Below, piece by piece: positions 61,845 to 64,000 of a DNA stretch of 64,000 bases; within the stretch, counting starts at the first letter, position 1; every line of letters begins with the position of its first letter. The stretch spans positions 88,412,001-88,476,000 of the forward strand of contig NC_135657.1 in NCBI RefSeq assembly GCF_964188315.1, read 5' to 3'. Source of the stretch: Podarcis muralis (taxonomy: Eukaryota). Made by a program: the position numbers and the translations under genes. Below the pieces are notes generated by a model that was not told where the DNA came from, did not search any database, and saw only the letters and a list, made by a program, of their open reading frames with translations.

Positions 61845-62076
61845 TTCCATGACAAGATAGATTCGACCACTGAGAGCCTAGAACGCATTGTTGAACGTTT
61901 GAGGCAACCGCCTTCCATCTCAGCTGAGGTTGAGAAGATTAAAGAACAGATCGGTGAAAATAAGAACGTGTCTGTCGACCTTGAAAAACTTCAGCCAGTC
62001 TATGAAACCCTCAAGCAGCGCGGGGAGGAGATGATTGCCCGTTCAGAAGGCGCTGATAAGGACATATCTGCTAAAG
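61845..62076 (+). CDS. DST: Dystonin exon (FHDKIDST...DKDISAK), phase 0-1
   Basis: gcatag acceptor, G|gtagac donor; [19 protein letters not shown]. Confidence 0.95.
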
Positions 62077-62171
62077 GTAGACTTCAGAATTTTACATTTC
62101 AAAATAAATGCATGAACAAGTTTCCACAAGCAGAACTTTATATACCTGCCCGTGTATATTTTACTTCCTAG

Positions 62172-62398
62172 TGGTTCAGGATAAGTTGGATCAAATGGTC
62201 TTGATGTGGGAAGACATCCATACCCTGGCTGAAGAAAGGGAGGCCAAATTGCTTGATGCAATGGAATTAGCAGAGAAGTTCTGGTGTGATCACATGGCTC
62301 TCATAGCCACTATTAAGGATACTCAGGATTTTATCAGAGAACTAGAAGGAGCTGGAATTGATCCTTCAGTGGTAAAGCAACAGCAAGAAGCAGCAGAG
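62172..62398 (+). CDS. DST: Dystonin exon ([10 protein letters not shown]...QQEAAE), phase 1-0; gene continues past window
   Basis: ttcctag acceptor after a 95-nt intron, GAG|gtaggt donor. Confidence 0.95.
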
Positions 62399-62874
62399 GT
62401 AGGTGAAATGTAACTGTTGGGCTTAGACTACTGTCCTGCTCCCATATATTTCTTAGCAATCATGTATAAGCGTGTTAGTGGTTTGGACTATATTGTTATG
62501 CTATGTTTAGTGGAAATTCCTTTACAAATCATCATGGCTGGTTCAGATGTAACAGGAAACCATTGTTTCCAGCTATGTGAATGAGCCACACTGAGCTGCC
62601 GCCTCCCATCTCCAGTGCAAGGCTCTCCACAGTTCATTCACATTATATATGGACAGGACTAGATATAGAGTCCAACACCATCTGTGTGGATTTATTTTGC
62701 TTCTTTAAGAAACAAAAATCCCTGTGTGTAACAAATGCATAGCTACAGGTAATCATGGCCTGCATTTTTTTGCCTTCCTGCACTAGTCAGTAATGCCCTT
62801 TTTTCTCTTCAGAGTCTATGCATTGCTGAATGAAAAGACTTGCATGGGGGAAAATGCATTTGAAGTAATAATGA

Positions 62875-63062
62875 AAGGTGATGGCTGTGTTCTACCTCCA
62901 ATGTCAAAGGCAGTTTGCCTCTGAATATCAGCTCCTGGGAATCACAAGTGCTGTTGTGCACAGGTCCTTCTTGCGGGCATCTGATTAACCACTGTGAGAA
63001 CATGATGCTGGACTAGATAAGCCTTTGGCCTCAACCCAGCAGGACTCAGCGTTCTTTCTGAT
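62875..63062 (+). mobile_element. CR1 3' UTR fragment
   Basis: gatggctgtgttctacctcc..ccactgtgagaac..tgctggactagat matches the other CR1 tails in the window. Confidence 0.65.
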
Positions 63063-63313
63063 GACTATTGTGCCCTTATAAGCCATCTAATGATGATTCG
63101 AGCATTGGGCCAGATTCAGTTTGCTAATGGAAGCCGGCACAAAGATTTCTGCTAGCTCAATAGAGATTTCCCCCTCTTCTTCCCCCTTCACCTCTCTCGA
63201 ATCTGCTCTGGAGGGTCAGGGGAACCCCCAGAACAGCATGGAGAAGGAGGAAAAAGGAGATAGTTGCATCTGACAAGCAGAAATTCCTTTGCTGATGGGT
63301 TATTGGCATAGTG

Positions 63314-63449
63314 CAGGCTTCCTCAAACTCGGCCCTCCAGATGTTTTGAGACTACAATTCCCATCATCCCTGACCACTGGTCCTGCTAGGTAGGGATCAT
63401 GGGAGTTGTAGGCCAAAAACATCTGGAGGGCCGAGTTTGAGGAAGCCTG
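63314..63449. mobile_element. Intact palindromic 136-bp hAT MITE
   Basis: Perfect ~34-bp inverted ends caggcttcctcaaactcggccctccagatgtttt; perfect 8-bp TSD gcatagtg. Confidence 0.92.
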
Positions 63450-64000
63450 GCATAGTGTGATGTTGAATTCCACCCATTGAGTGGGGGAAATTCATGCATT
63501 AATCACCCTTAAAACACCATCCGTTCTCACCCAGAGCAATCTCCCTCCCAACTTGCTGTTCAAATGACTGCACAAGTTTGGTCTTTTGGTTTATGTTTCT
63601 GATAGGCACTCCCCTCCCCAGTATTGCCTGTTGAAGTGAGAGGACTTTCCTAAGCCGTTTGTGATTTGCTGTGGTAGGATGTGTGTGGGATAAAGTGGAA
63701 GACAGGGAATAAAATAATCTCACTGCCATAGGACATGCCTAAAACAGCTCTGGTTTCCAACCTTTATTCACAAAAGTCATAAACATTCATTACAGGAAAA
63801 TAATAGCAGCCTGGGATCATGTGACATTGAGACATTGCATTTTTATTTGATAATATTCAGAAGCCAGACCTACTAATTTGTTTAAAAGGAGGATAGTATT
63901 CACCTTATTTTAGCATTATGGTGTAATTTTCCCACACTGTATGGCTACAATGTTAGCTTATTGAATTTGAAAGCTGTTTTTCTAAGCAGGTGGACATGTC

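Noticed and set aside
97-62398. Assignment to the paralog MACF1
   Set aside because: Recalled diagnostic residues ([53 protein letters not shown]) fit DST; MACF1 differs at these positions. Reciprocal BLAST would confirm.

Overview
Squamate genomic DNA, probably a lacertid lizard (inferred from several young Sauria SINEs with ACCTTT tails). The window lies entirely within the dystonin gene (DST/BPAG1, spectraplakin) on the + strand. I resolved 28 GT-AG exons of the spectrin-repeat rod whose splice phases chain without a break from 97 to 62398; the gene continues beyond both window ends. The most notable feature lies in the 16.5 kb intron 26755-43243: a 433-codon non-spectrin exon (ATG 37845, donor after 39143). 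It starts with a myristoylation-type MGKPLS N-terminus, resembles KIAA0754 (nested in the paralog MACF1) from memory, and splices in phase to the next rod exon. It predicts a short, possibly membrane-anchored dystonin isoform from an internal promoter. Introns also hold a Tc2-type MITE with a 239-bp array built of hairpins, a Penelope-like fragment with an intact minimal hammerhead ribozyme plus two decayed relics, L2 and CR1 fragments, and Tigger-, hAT- and Harbinger-type MITEs. All family assignments come from motif recall, not database searches.
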